Shown here: positions 48,124 through 61,600 of the stretch, in pieces
Numbering within the stretch: position 1 is the first letter of the stretch
Layout: the number at the start of each line of letters is the position of its first letter
From: Guillardia theta CCMP2712
Lineage: Eukaryota > Protista > Cryptophyta
Length of the DNA: 64,000 nucleotides
Direction: 5' to 3'
NCBI RefSeq assembly: GCF_000315625.1
Contig: NW_005434625.1
Span: 79,726 to 143,725, forward strand
Program-made: the position numbers and the translations under genes
The notes under the pieces: generated by a model
Told to the model about the DNA's origin: nothing
What the model saw: the letters and a program-made list of their open reading frames with translations, nothing else
Databases searched by the model: none

Positions 48124-48738
48124 ACACATCTGAGCGACTTGCTGTCGTTTGTGATCCTTCATTTCTAATCTGTCTCGTCAACACATCTGAGCGACTTGCT
48201 GTCGTTTGTGATCCTTCATTTCTAATCTGTCTCGTCAACACATCTGAGCGACTTGCTGTCGATTGTGATCCTTCATTTCTAATCTGTCTCGTCAACACAT
48301 CTGAGCGACTTGCTGTCGATTGTGATCCTTCATTTCTAATCTGTCTCGTCAACACATCTGAGCGACTTGCTGTCGATTGTGATCCTTCATTTCTAATCTG
48401 TCTCGTCAACACATCTGAGCGACTTGCTGTCGTTTGTGATCCTTCATTTCTAATCTGTCTCGTCAACACATCTGAGCGACTTGCTGTCGTTTGTGATCCT
48501 TCATTTCTAATCTGTCTCGTCAACACATCTGAGCTACTTGCTGTCGATTGTGATCCTTCATTTCTAATCTGTCTCGTCAACACATCTGAGCTACTTGCTG
48601 TCGTTTGTGATCCTTCATTTCTAATCTGTCTCGTCAACACATCTGAGCTACTTGCTGTCGATTGTGATCCTTCATTTCTAATCTGTCTCGTCAACACATC
48701 TGAGCTACTTGCTGTCGTTTGTGATCCTTCATTTCTAA
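48124..48738. repeat. 57-bp minisatellite, ~10.8 copies
   Basis: Unit acacatctgagcgacttgctgtcgtttgtgatccttcatttctaatctgtctcgtca; two variable sites only. Confidence 0.97.
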
Positions 48739-48910
48739 CTTTTCTCGCCATTGCCATGTCTCATGTCGGCCCGTCACCTCTCGTAGTACGGCCAATAACC
48801 GAAGAACCGACCGTTGGCCCGAGGCCGACTCAGTGACTGACCTCAGTGGTCCTGGGGCCCGGTCCGGTCGGATGCTCCGGGACTGCCAGTGCGGTTCCCC
48901 CATCCCCACC

Positions 48911-50174
48911 ATGCCCGAATTAGATCGCTACTCCATGCCGCGCAGTGCTGTCAGATTCTCCTGCGCAGCAACGATGGGGATGCTTCTGCTCGTCGCCTGT
49001 TGGGAGTGGCAGAGCGAGGAAGACGACTCGAAGGTCCGCTTGTTGTTGGATGACGCCCAAGTAAGGAAGGCGCAACTGAAAGTTCTGGCGAAACGAAGAG
49101 CGCTTGCTGCACAAGGTTGTTATTGATTTACTTTTCTCGAGACCTTGTAACCTCTAAACCTGTTCTACTGCAAATACTTGCACCCTCCACCATCGGTATG
49201 CTTTCAGTACTGACGCATTTGTGTGCTGCAGGTCTAATCAGGTTGACTGCTCCCATACAAGAGGAAGACGAGCAGCGAGCAGATACAGACGTGGCGAAGA
49301 TTTCGAATCCACAGATTGCAGAGACGAGATCTGGAAACTATTTCAGACATGATGAGGCGGATGAAACTGTCAGTGATGCAGATCGAGAAAGTGTGTATCT
49401 GATACAGCATTTTTATCAGGTCGATCAGGACAGATTGTTCAACTTGTTCATCAAGGGGCCAAAGACAAGGAAAAGAACGTCCCCCGACCGATTTCACAAT
49501 GACCAGGAAAGGAGCCTTGAAGACAAGCTCTTCTCGACATCTGAGTCATCTTCGAAAAATATCAAGGAGCCACATATGGTGTGTAAAGCTGTGACAATCC
49601 ATCGTTGCTCTGATGCTGCTCATTTCCTTGATTTTTGTGTTTCAGCCCCAGTTGCAGGATAAAAGTGACTCCGGGCAGGCTGTACATAAATCTGTTGCCC
49701 AACTTGCGGATGGGGGGTTTTATGCCATGTGGAAGCATGCTGGAACTGAACATCAGCAGGTTTTTGAAGCTTTTCAGTTGAATTGCAATTTGATGTTGTT
49801 CACAGAGCCATCAATCAATGGGTGAAGCAGGAGAAAATGTTTTCGATCACGCCCAGGCTTGTCCACTGGCCCTGAATTGAAGTGTATTGACCGTGATTGA
49901 CAGAATCCTGGGGAGACTCAACTAGATAACAGCATCTTCAGTGCTCGCGGGATGGTATATGCCTGATTCTAAATTTCAAGCATCAATGATTTTCGCTGAT
50001 AGGCAAATGGATCTTCGAAACATGGAGGATCGGTGCTTGAGTATTTGGACCAACAGGTCGATTTTGTTGTCTGTAATGTGGGTTGAGAGGTTGTGCGGCA
50101 GGATGGTGAAAGACTCGCCCGGGAAAAGAATGGTGAAGCTGTCCTCGGGGCCTGTCATATGCTCACTCGAATGA
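48911..50174 (+). CDS. Hypothetical spliced protein with N-terminal hydrophobic anchor; 3' end uncertain
   Basis: ATG 48911, TM-like TMGMLLLVACWEW, a long acidic exon at 49232-49578 and GT-AG boundaries. No recognisable domain. Confidence 0.45.
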
Positions 50175-51708
50175 TTTGACAGGCAACAAGCATGCCCACA
50201 AGACATATTTTGGTATTCCAATAAGCGGTGCAGCAGTCCCTGTGTGAGGTTTTAGCCTGCGACTACTGTGATCGCCGGCCCGACGCGTGCCCGTGGCAGT
50301 GGCCCGGGCTACAGGCGGTGTGCAGGCGGACTCCCTTCATGTCTTGGCAACCCTGCCATATTCTATGTAGACTATACCCACTCATTTCTCTTGACGAAAC
50401 TTTTAACTGAAATAAGTCTAAATTCCGAAGTTCCATCATGATCCGGGCTCGATGATTGAATCACGGTGGCCCGCCCCGGCCCGGCGGGCGGCGCCGCAGC
50501 CTGTGAGATCGGACCGTCCGTCTTGTACCGTCCGATCACCGGGTACCGTCGGCCGCCCGGCCCTGACTCGCCAGTCACTCGGATGCAGCCTCGCCGCGGG
50601 GGCCCGCTCGTACTCCGGCGGGACATCAGTACGGTAGATGCAGCAAAGTTTGCTCGGATCGGACTCCGGGACTCGGAGTCACTGCCGCAGTGCCGCAGTG
50701 CCACGGTGCGGCCAGACGGACGGACTCCAGGACTGTTTTAAGTACTCGATGTCAACGGCCGCCCGCCCGGCCATGGCACTGCCGGCGGCGTCCGCTGAGG
50801 AGACGGTGAGGCTGAACTTCCGAACTTCGGGCCGAACAGTGAGTCTGCGGCGAGTGACTCTGCAGTCACGGTGCTGCAGTGCCGACTCTCAGAACCTCCC
50901 GCCGCCGGGTGGCCGCTGACAGGCTTTTACCAGAAATGTTTCAGAGTAAAGTAAACTTGGTTAAAATCTTGTTCGAAGATTCTGGACACAAGCTGCCAGA
51001 TGGCGGTTTTAACTATGAGTACGAAAAGAAATGTTTTCAAGCACATATAGCTAGCTAGCGTCCGTCCATCGCATCATTTCGAGTATATAGATATTAAAAT
51101 CGATCTCAGAGCATCATAGAAGAATTTCGACTGGTCTAGAAGCTTCTAAGTACTGAATTGCGACCTCTGGGTGCGCCTCATACATGACGTGAGCAAGATC
51201 GATCATGGTTTGTTCGCCTCCGATGACCCTACCACCCCCTCTTTTCCCTTCCTTTAAACCCCTACACTCTCGGTCCTTTCACATGTAAGGCTCAGCAGCG
51301 ACCCCACGGAAGGAGGGGGATGAGGGTGAACTAGGCAAAACCGATTATCGCTAGATGGGTGGGGTCATCATGGGGATTACTCTTTGTGGGTGGGTAGTAT
51401 TGAGATGGGGTTATGATATGATACAAAATAGGGGTGATCTGAGATTTTGTCTGTGATGGTTAGGGTACTCAGAAGGTATGGGGTCAGTTTTGGATTGATA
51501 GGGTGGGGGGGGTTCGGAAAGGGCCAAGGGATAAGAGAAGGGGAAAAGCAGCAGGAATCCAAGAACCCAACACGAGCACAAGCATACACACGCGTAAAGA
51601 GGAACCAGAAGCACTGAAGAAGCACTGATTATTGCTGATTGAGATCATCTTGTTTCCTACTACCTGAGGACGGCAGTTGCTATCGCGTCCGAAAACATAC
51701 AAGACCTC

Positions 51709-52308
51709 ATGACAAGCGTACTCGCCGAACATCAAACAATGCTGGAGCTAGGGGTGGAACAATACATAGAGAAGATCGCATCGGACCATGCCGTCCGAAA
51801 GGGCCGAATTGTAGTAGAGCCGCGTGACCCCTTCTTTGTCACGAGCATCGATGGCCCTGGAACTGCTTTGCTTAGCAGATCTTCGTCAAGGATCACAGGA
51901 AGGATGCTGAGAACCCTGGATTGGCCCAATGCTGGAGCCAAGCTTTACGATGCCGCGAAGATAGTGGAGAAGTCTTGCAATCCGATCTTCCTCTGCCTTC
52001 CTCGCCCCGTAGGCTCCGAGGACATTATTGTCTGTGTACGGAAATGCCTCAACTGCCCGTACAGCTGCATTGAGATCATTCTATACCCCACCGACCAGTG
52101 CAACATCCTGTCGCTAGCGAGGGCAAGACAACAGTACGACAAGATCAAAGAGATGTCGCAGGTGAACAGCGGAAGGAACTCTCCCGAGAAAGATCTCGAA
52201 ATCTCTGATTCAGAGATGCGAGTGTCCTTCGATTACAGCCCAGCCATGATGAGCTATGACCTCGCGATGGTGCCGTGTTCGATCGATCTGGACCAGAGGA
52301 AGGGATGA
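51709..52308 (+). CDS. Hypothetical 199-aa protein, degenerate PAS-like
   Basis: Intronless ORF; RIVVEPRDPFFVTSID..ALLSRSSSRITGRMLRTLDWP resembles the PAS start seen at 39500. Confidence 0.55.
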   Translation: MTSVLAEHQTMLELGVEQYIEKIASDHAVRKGRIVVEPRDPFFVTSIDGPGTALLSRSSSRITGRMLRTLDWPNAGAKLYDAAKIVEKSCNPIFLCLPRPVGSEDIIVCVRKCLNCPYSCIEIILYPTDQCNILSLARARQQYDKIKEMSQVNSGRNSPEKDLEISDSEMRVSFDYSPAMMSYDLAMVPCSIDLDQRKG

Positions 52309-53372
52309 GTGCTGGAAACACACACAAACAACACACACGAGCTGTCTCTAGGACAAGCCATGTAGATAACAACGATATTCTTTCTGTGTATGTAAATAGT
52401 CTCCTTTCAATCGTGCCTGGTCTAGGATTTTGAGGAACGTACACACTTGCACTCAGTCCAAGTCAAGTTAGCAGAATGCATCCTATGCGTCAGTGACCCG
52501 TCCCTCTTCCTTGATCTCCTTATTTTGTCCTATCTTCATCTTTCTCATGGCTGGTGTGCATTCCCAACCGCGCCGAGTCACATCAACCTCTTCTGAAATG
52601 TCACACAGGTGAGTTTCTGAGTGGTCTATGTTTGTTTGGATTTGAATCAGTTGACCTCCAAGCTCTTTATACTCATTATCATTGCATTCTTCAATACAGG
52701 CGGTACAGGAAGTATCAACGCACTGACAACCGATCGGACGCCATCATGTGCTGTCATCCTTGAAGGAAGCACGGCCACCAAGGCGAGCCTCCATCAGACT
52801 AGCTTCACAGTGACGCCGTTGATTACATCAGAAATTACATCAGACCTCTCATCTGCAGCATGTTTTCTTACGCGCCGTCCACCCTTCCTCAACCTTTGTA
52901 CGAGAGGAAAGAGAAACTGAATGAAGGCCGATGGCCAACCACCTCACGATCGCAACTTAAACTCGCTCTCATTTCCCTCTAGTGTTTCCCCTTTCCCTTG
53001 CAGTCACACTACCGAGGCCTCCCCTCCCACCTGCTTCTTTCCCTCATTTTCTCTTGCTTCTGCTTCCTCTTACCCCCTCACGCCTTCCCCTCGCTCTCTG
53101 TTTCCTGATCCTTGCTTCACATTCCTCTCTTGCTCTCACCCCCCATCCCCATCCTTCTCCTCGATCACACTGCACGCCCCTCAACTTCTACCCTCCCTCC
53201 CTCCCTCCCCGCCTCTCTCTTCGCCTCCCTCGTTTCCGAGCTTTTCTCCCTCAATTCCTTTTGGTCAACCCTCTGCCTCATTCCTGCCCCTTGCGTTTGC
53301 TGCTATCAGCTCGCACGCGTCTGTGCTCAACCCGTTGCCCTCGCCCCCTTTCCTCCTCCTCCTTGCTACCGA

Positions 53373-53996
53373 GATGCAACAAGCATGGCGAGTTAGTCTC
53401 CTGTACTGCATGGTAATTTCCCTGATCCTCCTATCATCCTTGCGCGATTTCTCGTCGTGAGCGTCGGGTTTTGAGCAGGTTGTCTCTTCCCTGCAAGTGA
53501 AACTCCCCGAGGTGCTTGTCAAGGGAGGGGGAGTAGGAGGATGTTGAGTTGAGGCTGAGCAGGAGGAGAGGAGAGCTGCGTCTACGCAGACGCTCAAGAG
53601 GATCAACTTGGACTTGTTGGTCTACCCCCTCGCTCGATGCAACGATGGGTCAGGGGGGCGTACTACTTCGCTCCTGCTAGCAGGTATGCTGCCTGCATGT
53701 GAAGTGCAGATTACATGACGTGGAGGTCTCAGTCGAGGAGGAGCCATGGCGAGGACTGACATGTGGTTGGTGTTCCTGATGGGAGGAGGATGGTGTTGGG
53801 ACGAGACGTCCTGTGCTTCGAGATACTCAACGAGCCCTTCTCTCATGTCAAGGTTGCGATGACTCGCGAGGTTTGAGCTCCTTATGATGATGCAGCAAAC
53901 AATTTCCAGAGGAAAGAGAAGTAGATGGGGTGAGATTGACAGTAGAATCGACACTGCGAGCGTGATGCTGAAAATGATGATTATGGAGATGATGGA

Positions 53997-54059
<63 letters not shown>

Positions 54060-54487
54060 GAAGGATAGATGGAAATTGCGATGACGATGTCAATATTTCA
54101 GATCTTAAGTGCGGATCCAACAATTTCACCCCTTGCAACAGCCAACAAGGTTTTAGCAAAAAGATGCTGCTATCATTTTCTGACTCTCCTGATCCTTTTC
54201 CTCTTCCCGCTCACCTTCATCCTCATCTCCATCATCTCCATCATCTCCACCGCCATCATCACCATCGACATCACAACGACCTCCATCTTCTGATTACAAT
54301 CGTCATCGTCATTTCTCGTTTTCCTGCTCCTCATGCAGGTGTATGTACCGTACTGCTCGTCAGATGCGTATGTTGGAGACGCACAAGCATCAGACGCAAC
54401 TTATGGCTGGCATTTCCGCGGGTAAGAGCACATGGAGGTCGAGGTGAATGGAGAGGGAATCTACCACACGGCACAGGAGATCAGGAG

Positions 54488-54536
<49 letters not shown>

Positions 54537-56099
54537 GGGGTGCTTAACGTGGCTTTGGTGTAGGCAGGAGCTGATCAGAGCAACTCTCAAGGAGATTTCT
54601 CGGGCTCATGGGCTGAGCAAGGGGCACACGTTGATATTCGGGGGCTGCTCTGCAGGAGGGAGGTGAGGGAGGGGAGGAGAGGAGAAAGAAGGGCTAAGGT
54701 CAAGCGTAGAGGAGCGATGTTCAACTTGGAGTACCTCCCTGAGTTTATTCCTCAAGGAGTCAAGGTAAGCCGACCCTGCTTGTCCCTGCTGACCCCCCCT
54801 CGCCTCCTTCACTCGTCTCCGCCATGTCGTTCATGTCCTCGCCTCTCTGGGCTCACATGGAGCAACTAGATCGCCGGATTCTTTGATTCGCCGATGTGGG
54901 TGGATATGGAGCCTCTCGACGCGGGAGCTGTTTCCTTTCAAACTCAGACTGCTGCTGTCTTCAAGATGACAAACGCGCAATCCCGGTGAGACGAGGAGGG
55001 AGCAGATGTGAACATCTAAGACAGATCCCGCTCCTGCTGTTCCACGGCTCTTCGTTTGACCTTCTTGCAGAATGGGTACTCGGTGTGCCTCCATCTACAC
55101 CAAGGAGAGCGAGCAGTTCAAGTGCTTGTTCGGAGAAGTACAAGGAGGATAAACTAGATTTTTCTCACCGCATCTTTCAGTACAGAGCTCCGACCATCGA
55201 CCTTCCGTTCTTGGTGGCAGCATCTCAGTACGACAGGCAGAGATGACCTTGCGAGATAACTTGCTTCTTACTTTGATGCTCTCAGTTTTCAGATACGTTC
55301 CAACACTGGTGTTTCACCACCATATGATGCTGATCAACTTGCGTACGTTGAGAGGGTTCGATCGTGTGTTTAATCCACGTACCAATTAACCTGTTGAACA
55401 AGTTCCGTCAAAGAGTGCAACAAGCCATGATGCGCCTGAACGTCTCTCATGTTGCATCTTTTGCTTATTCTTGTTATGGGTATCAGGCCTGCCTCTTTCA
55501 CTTGATTTGATCTTGACGCTCTTGCTGCAGACACTGCATCTCTGAGGGAAAGACTTTCTGGACGCAACAAGTGGCTACTAATCATCGTCGACACCAACTG
55601 AACTTGTCGTAGGTGACTATTGGGGGCACGAAGAAAAGTCTGTATGATGTGACATCTGAGTGGATGAGGAAACAATTGGAAGGAGAACAGGTTGGCTCCT
55701 TGCGTTGAGCGTCTTGTCGTTCAATCCCCTCAGGTTATCGACAAGTGCGGGGGGTTTGACTGCGGCTGTTCTTGTAACTCGTCGCTTCTCAATGATCATG
55801 GTGTTCGATCGTCCCTCGTTGTTCCTGCTGACATAGCGAGACGTCAGGGTATCAGGCGGTCTGCAAGACTGGCGGAGGAGGTTGAGTCTGCTGGGTCCGT
55901 CAGTAGTTTAATGCACTCCTGCTTAGGACGAAGCTTTCCTTTCCTCTCCCTCACCCTATCGGCCGCATGTCTCTTGAGTTTCCTGCTTGTTTGTTCAGCA
56001 GGGTCCCGGCATGCGAGGCAAGCAGATGAGATGAAGGAAAGTTCGATGTGCGAGGTGCCGGCGCAAGGAGCATACATGATGGGGATGAGATATCAATGA
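53373..56099 (+). CDS. Pectinacetylesterase/Notum-family hydrolase
   Basis: ARCNDGS, WLVFLMGGGWCWDETSC, NKVYVPYCSSDAYVG, WHFRG, catalytic GCSAGG, FFDSP; C-terminal hydrophobic segment. Apparent 1-nt loss in a G6 run at 53653-53658. Confidence 0.88.
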
Positions 56100-56130
56100 T
56101 TTCATATGCGCGTCAAAATGAAGAAGCATG

Positions 56131-56257
56131 AAGTATGAATGAAGAAGCGTCAAGTATGAATGTGAATGAAGAAGCGTCAAGTATGAATGAAGAAGCGTCA
56201 AGTATGAATGAAGAAGCGTCAAGTATGAATGTGAATGAAGAAGCGTCAAGTATGAAT
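56131..56257. repeat. 21/27-bp minisatellite (aagtatgaat[gtgaat]gaagaagcgtc), ~5 copies
   Basis: Direct reading of the sequence. Confidence 0.9.
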
Positions 56258-56467
56258 CAGCCACAAGCTCGCGCGTGTCTCTCTCACCCTTGTCTTGCAT
56301 CGCTCACTTATCTGCTGCATGTGAGGCGTTGCTTGCTTGCTCTCCTGTCTCGCCCCACAGATAACGGCAGTAACGGCGAAGAACATTTCATGATCCCCAT
56401 GATCGAAAATAGAATGAGAGGAGAGGGAGAGGAAGGGAGGAGGACAAGCGATGTGAGGGAGATAGTT

Positions 56468-56733
56468 GAGAGGAGTATCTTCTCTTAGCTAGATGAGAGG
56501 AGTATCTTCTCTTAGCTAGATGAGAGGAGTATCTTCTCTTAGCTAGATGAGAGGAGTATCTTCTCTTAGCTAGATGAGAGGAGTATCTTCTCTTAGCTAG
56601 ATGAGAGGAGTATCTTCTCTTAGCTAGATGAGAGGAGTATCTTCTCTTAGCTAGATGAGAGGAGTATCTTCTCTTAGCTAGATGAGAGGAGTATCTTCTC
56701 TTAGCTAGATGAGAGGAGTATCTTCTCTTAGCT
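56468..56733. repeat. 27-bp minisatellite, ~10 near-perfect copies
   Basis: Unit gagaggagtatcttctcttagctagat at 27-bp spacing. Confidence 0.97.
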
Positions 56734-56776
56734 CGTTGAGAGGATTGAGGATGCTGGTGTCACGTTGGTGTCGCAG

Positions 56777-57188
56777 GTGGTTGAAGTTGTCATGCATCTG
56801 CAGCATGTCTAAAGGTTTGGAGCTCTGGGATGTCACTGCCGTCATAGCCGCCAGCGTCACGTGCTCCATCCTGACTTCCCTCGTCTGTCTTGCAGCGTGT
56901 CTGGCTCGGCGCCAGCTCTCCTATCCTTTGTGCTCTTGCCATGCCTCGAGCTTCTTCCTCCTCCTCTTCTCCATCTTCGCTTGCTGGTGTCTCCATTGGT
57001 CTCACATGCAGACTTCGCCAGCTCCAGCTCAGGGTTACGCGCTTGCTGCTGGAGTGCTGGGGGGTACCAGCCTGACCCTGTCGGTCCTGCTGCTCCAGCA
57101 CTGCTGCCTGCACCTCCTCCCAGGGAGGAACCCCTACGGGATTGTCAACCTAGGGGAGGAGGAGGAGGAGGAAGGAACAACAGGCTGA
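56777..57188 (+). CDS. Hypothetical 3-TM membrane protein (terminal exon or small gene)
   Basis: Three hydrophobic segments and an acidic tail; candidate acceptor at 56776. Confidence 0.4.
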
Positions 57189-57262
57189 CGACAAGATCGA
57201 TGTGATCGCTCAGAATTCATTCACGAGGCTGCGATAGATATCTCCTCTCCTCCTCCTCCTGC

Positions 57263-60200
57263 TCAGATTGCGCAGCAGAGCCAGTCTGACTGTTTGGTGG
57301 CCGACGGAAAATGCCACATCGCCTGCATCACAGGCGTCAGGAGCAGCAGCAGTGAAGATCCGTCACTTGATCGTCTTGCCGCGGCTGCATGCGGTAGGAG
57401 TAGTCCGAGGGGAACGCCAGGACGGGGTCAGAGGCGCCTGCGACCAGTCAGTCGGTCTGATGGAGCAGCGCTCCTGCTCACCATGACGTTCGTCGAAGTG
57501 AAAGTTGACCCAATGCCTGCAGACTGTGAGTGAGGACGCAAAAGAAGACGCAAGGAGGGCAGAGCATGTGCCCTGAGAAAAGGAACCTCTCTCTCCACTT
57601 CAAGAAGCGTTTTGACGACAACATCTGCGTGTTGTTCAGAAGTTCTCGAGTGAAACACACGAAAAAACGAAGAACAAGAATAAGACAACAAGACACGACA
57701 AAGATGAGAACTGAAAGAGAGAGCCTGCAGAACGAGAAGGACAAGACAAGATCAGACAACAATCACAAACTAGATGCCTGGAAATGATGATCTCGCATCT
57801 GATCGTTGCTGACAATGAAAACTTTTCCTGAGCAACTTTCAGTGCGATCAACAAATGATCTCAGTTGACCTTTCTGCTTTGAACACCATGCTCCAGCATA
57901 CAACCAGAACCAATCATCGTTCATCTGTCACGCCATCAACTTTAAAACAGGAAGAAGGTCCGTCTCCCATCTACTCTCTACTGCCTCCTCCATGGCCTCC
58001 TCCATCCTCGCTCCCATCAGCATCTGCACCAACCTTGGGAGGGGTTGAGTAAAGAATCTTCTCATCTCTCCACCTTTGCACAACCGAAGCTTCTTGCGGC
58101 TGAGACGCGAGTGAGGGCACGACAGTCAAGTACCGACGACTCACTTTGTCTTTGAGCGCGTCTTTGTGGAAATGGCGCTGTGGAAGAGATTCAGACTCTA
58201 CAGACGAGGGTTGAGATCACCGAGTGCATGACAAGCAGAGGCTTCATCTTCCTCTCCTTGAACCATTGAACGATCTTGTCGACCTGGTTGTTTGTTCACA
58301 CAACCCCACCAGCCTCCTCGATCCAATCAAATACCTGCATGTAGCTGAGCTTTTCTCCTTGATCTGGTCGCAAGCTGTAATCCATAGTCATGCTCGATGT
58401 CTTTCGTTATCTCTCGTCGTGTTTCTTCTCTGCCCTCTCTCTCCTGTTGCTCCACCTGTAATATCCCACGTTGGCTCCATCGATGATCACATCCGGGAGA
58501 CTCTGACGTAACAATGAAATCAAGGTCGATAAATTTTAACATTTCTATCATCATCTCCATCATCGTATCGGTATCATCGTAATCATTATACATCCTCATC
58601 ATCCTCTCCACCACCACCACCATCGTCATTGTTATCATTCTTGTCACAATCATCATTATCATCCCCATCATCGTAGTGTACATGTCAGCTCACCGATCTG
58701 TTAAGCCAGCTCTTGAAAGCATCGAAGGCAGCGGACTAGCGGTAACTTCATTTCTCTTCGTCTCTCCTCCTGTCAGATGCTCACCTGAGCATCTCCAACT
58801 CGAGCGAGCGAATTAATTTGGTCACAGAGCTGCGACAACTCATCCTGAAACCAACTGATGAGGGCGAGTAGCATGTCCTAGTCGGGAAAAACAAGCGGAA
58901 GAAGAGGAGAGGGAAGAAAAGAGAGATGGTGAGGGGATGTGAGGGAGACGAGTAGGGGGCGGAAGAATGAGATACTCGAAGCTCAGGAGAGCAGGGGGGG
59001 GCAGGGCAAGAGGAAATGCAATGGGGGGAATGAAAAGGAAGGAGTGGGCAATGCTCATCATCATCACCACCACCATCACCATCACCGAAGTCCTCTTCCT
59101 AATCAACATCATCTCCATCATCATCTTCTTCTTAATCGCCATCTTCTTCGTCATTTTCCATGATATTCATCATCATCTCCATCATCATCCATAATTGTCA
59201 TCACTGAAATCTTCCCAATGAGATGGTTATCATGTACCTTGGTGAGATCCAGAGAAATAAGATTTTTCTTGCATTCAGGACAAAATCCCTGGAGCAAGAG
59301 CGTCACTTATTCCTTCATCTTCATCTTCATCTTCATCTTCATCTTTTTATTATCGAGCCTGATCTACGCCTCACCTTCGGGTCGTTAATGTGAGTGAATT
59401 TACATCTGTGAAGCCAGTCAGAGGTCGGAGAGCATTCAAGGGAGGTAGATGAAAACAAACATACCTTCGGTCCATCGATTCAAAAACTTGCTGCAAGCAC
59501 AAGTTGGTGAAGAATCGCAAGATGCAGAGAGAGAACCTTGAGAGATTGAAGAGTTTCAGGTTGGAGGGAGTAGATAAGCTCCATCATTGCTTCCAACACC
59601 TAGACATCGAAGTCAGCAGCACAGAGAGACAAGACGAGGAAACGAGGTTTCTCTGTCTGTCAATCTTCTCCTTACTTCAAAGATGCGCTTTGTCTTTTTA
59701 GTTGCTACACAAGCCTTCGATGAGAGGTGAGGTATGCATCTTGATACTTCAAGATCACCTTGATAATGTTCAAGAAATCCTCTTCGAGGAGGTCCACGTC
59801 CTTGCCAGCACCTCTCATCTCTCACACCATAAGACCGTCGCTGTGCTTACCTCAGTCTGCGAGTCCTTGTACACGTCGAACATCGCTTCCATGTCTCTGT
59901 TTGTTGCATTGGTCCTTATCATAATCACTCCCTTGCTCACCTGCCGTCGCTGAGAAGCGCAAATAGCGGCCCGTAAGTTCGCCTGAGATGCTGATTGAGT
60001 GGAGATCATAATAAGAGTCAAGGTGCACATGAACATCACAACAAGACCAACAGCAGCATCATGTTTGACTTCCACGACATCAAAAGATCAACCAAAGTAA
60101 TTCTACAACCCTAGGCTGACCTCTTCCTATTCACCCGCTCCTCCACCATTCGCGTCCAAGTTTCAAGAGCTTCTTTGTGTTTGCCTGGAGCGACCGGAGG

Positions 60201-61600
60201 AGGAATAAATATCCTTCACAACAGGACATCATGCTCTGTCACCTGTACACGAACAAAACTTGACGATGCCGGACGCCAAGTTCTTTTCGTCGTTAGAGGT
60301 CTGGTGATGGAAGACAAGACAAGACAAGACAGAGACACACCTCTGTCAGTTTGCTTTCTCTCATTTCCCGGTTCAACTTGTCAAGCATCTTCTCGCCTTC
60401 CTGAAGACCCATCGAGAAAAAATGAATACATGCAATGAAAGAAAAACGATGGGCGGAAAAGCAGAATGCCAAAACATGGAGAATCAGGACAAAGAAATCT
60501 CACAACAGGGCAAGGAAACATTATAACAAGACCAGGTAACATTCAGTAGATAGAATTCACCAATATCTCTCAGTAGATAGAATTCACTAATATCCCTCAG
60601 TAGATAGAATTCACCAATATCTCTCACCTTCCAGTCATCCTCTCCAGAAGAAGCGCACAGGTTGAACATTTGAGCGTATCTATACAGTATCAAGAGTGTC
60701 AAAGAATCAGTAAGAAACTTGTATTGTCTACTGCTGCTGATCAAGTGTAAAGTTTTCTGTTTCCATGTCCTTGACGATCTGGTCAGAACATCGTCATCAA
60801 CACATGAGACACAAGTCATATTGTCACTTCAATCGCTTTCTTGAAGTCTGCATTCCTCATACAACAATTCAACTTATTCCTGCAACAATATTTCATGGAG
60901 ACTAACAAATCTTCGGAGTCAGCAAACCGGAATTCATTTCTTCTCCTATCCTCTTCTGACAGATTTGCCTTGCCACAGGCTCACTCAAGGCAAAACAATT
61001 CAAAGCAAAGTCACGTTCTTCTTTTCACGTCTATTTGCTGTAAACCCGCAACGACAATGTTAGGAAAGTCATTGCATATGCTTGTCTTCCTCACGTCGTT
61101 CTGCAGCTTGTGAGCTGACATCATCACCATCCTTGCGAGGAGTCTTTATCGGGCGAGATGCTGAGAGTGCAATCAGCAATGACACAAATGTTCCAAGGTT
61201 TCTCATGAAGTCAACATCAACATCAACCTCTCCCCATCCATTCATCTCCAATCGTCCTAGATCTCACCGTCATCGATCGCGTCAAGTCCCTGCTCGCGCT
61301 GACGTTTCAGCCTGTTCCTTTCCTCCCTCATCGCTTGCTGATGTTTCCTTTCCTGAAGCAGCGTAAGATAGACAGGTACGACCTGGAACAACCTGCTTCT
61401 CCTTCTTTTTCCTTTTGATCTCTTCCGGTGTTGATTTCCCAAACCCTTCCTGTATTACAAGAGGCATCAGACCCGCAACTTTCCCCTCAAGGTTCCCCGC
61501 CTCCTGTCCTCCTCCTTCCTCGCTTCCTCCCTGAGCTCTCCACTCCTTCTCTCACCATTGTCTTGTGCCCTGGAGCAAATTTTGACGGAAGCTCCTGGCA
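57263..61600 (-). CDS. PRORP: Proteinaceous RNase P (PPR + Zn + NYN nuclease); 5' end uncertain, may extend to ~62583
   Basis: Exons give YAQMFNLCA (PPR-like), GFCPECK, PDVIIDGANVGYY, QVDKIVQW..PLLVMH, NDDWFWLYA, IVSNDQMRDHHFQ, RFLKWRER, WHFP..WLC. Confidence 0.9.
60544..60627. repeat. 27-bp tandem repeat x3 at the 5' end of a PRORP intron
   Basis: cagtagatagaattcaccaatatctct at 60544, 60571 and 60598. Confidence 0.9.

Noticed and set aside
48124-48738. CRISPR-like array
   Set aside because: Units are contiguous with no unique spacers, there are no cas genes, and the context is eukaryotic. The same applies to 56468-56733.
53653-53658. Programmed frameshift or pseudogenisation of the pectinacetylesterase (also frame breaks near 424 and 13420)
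   Set aside because: These are single-base indels in G/C runs or next to a gap; consensus error is more parsimonious.
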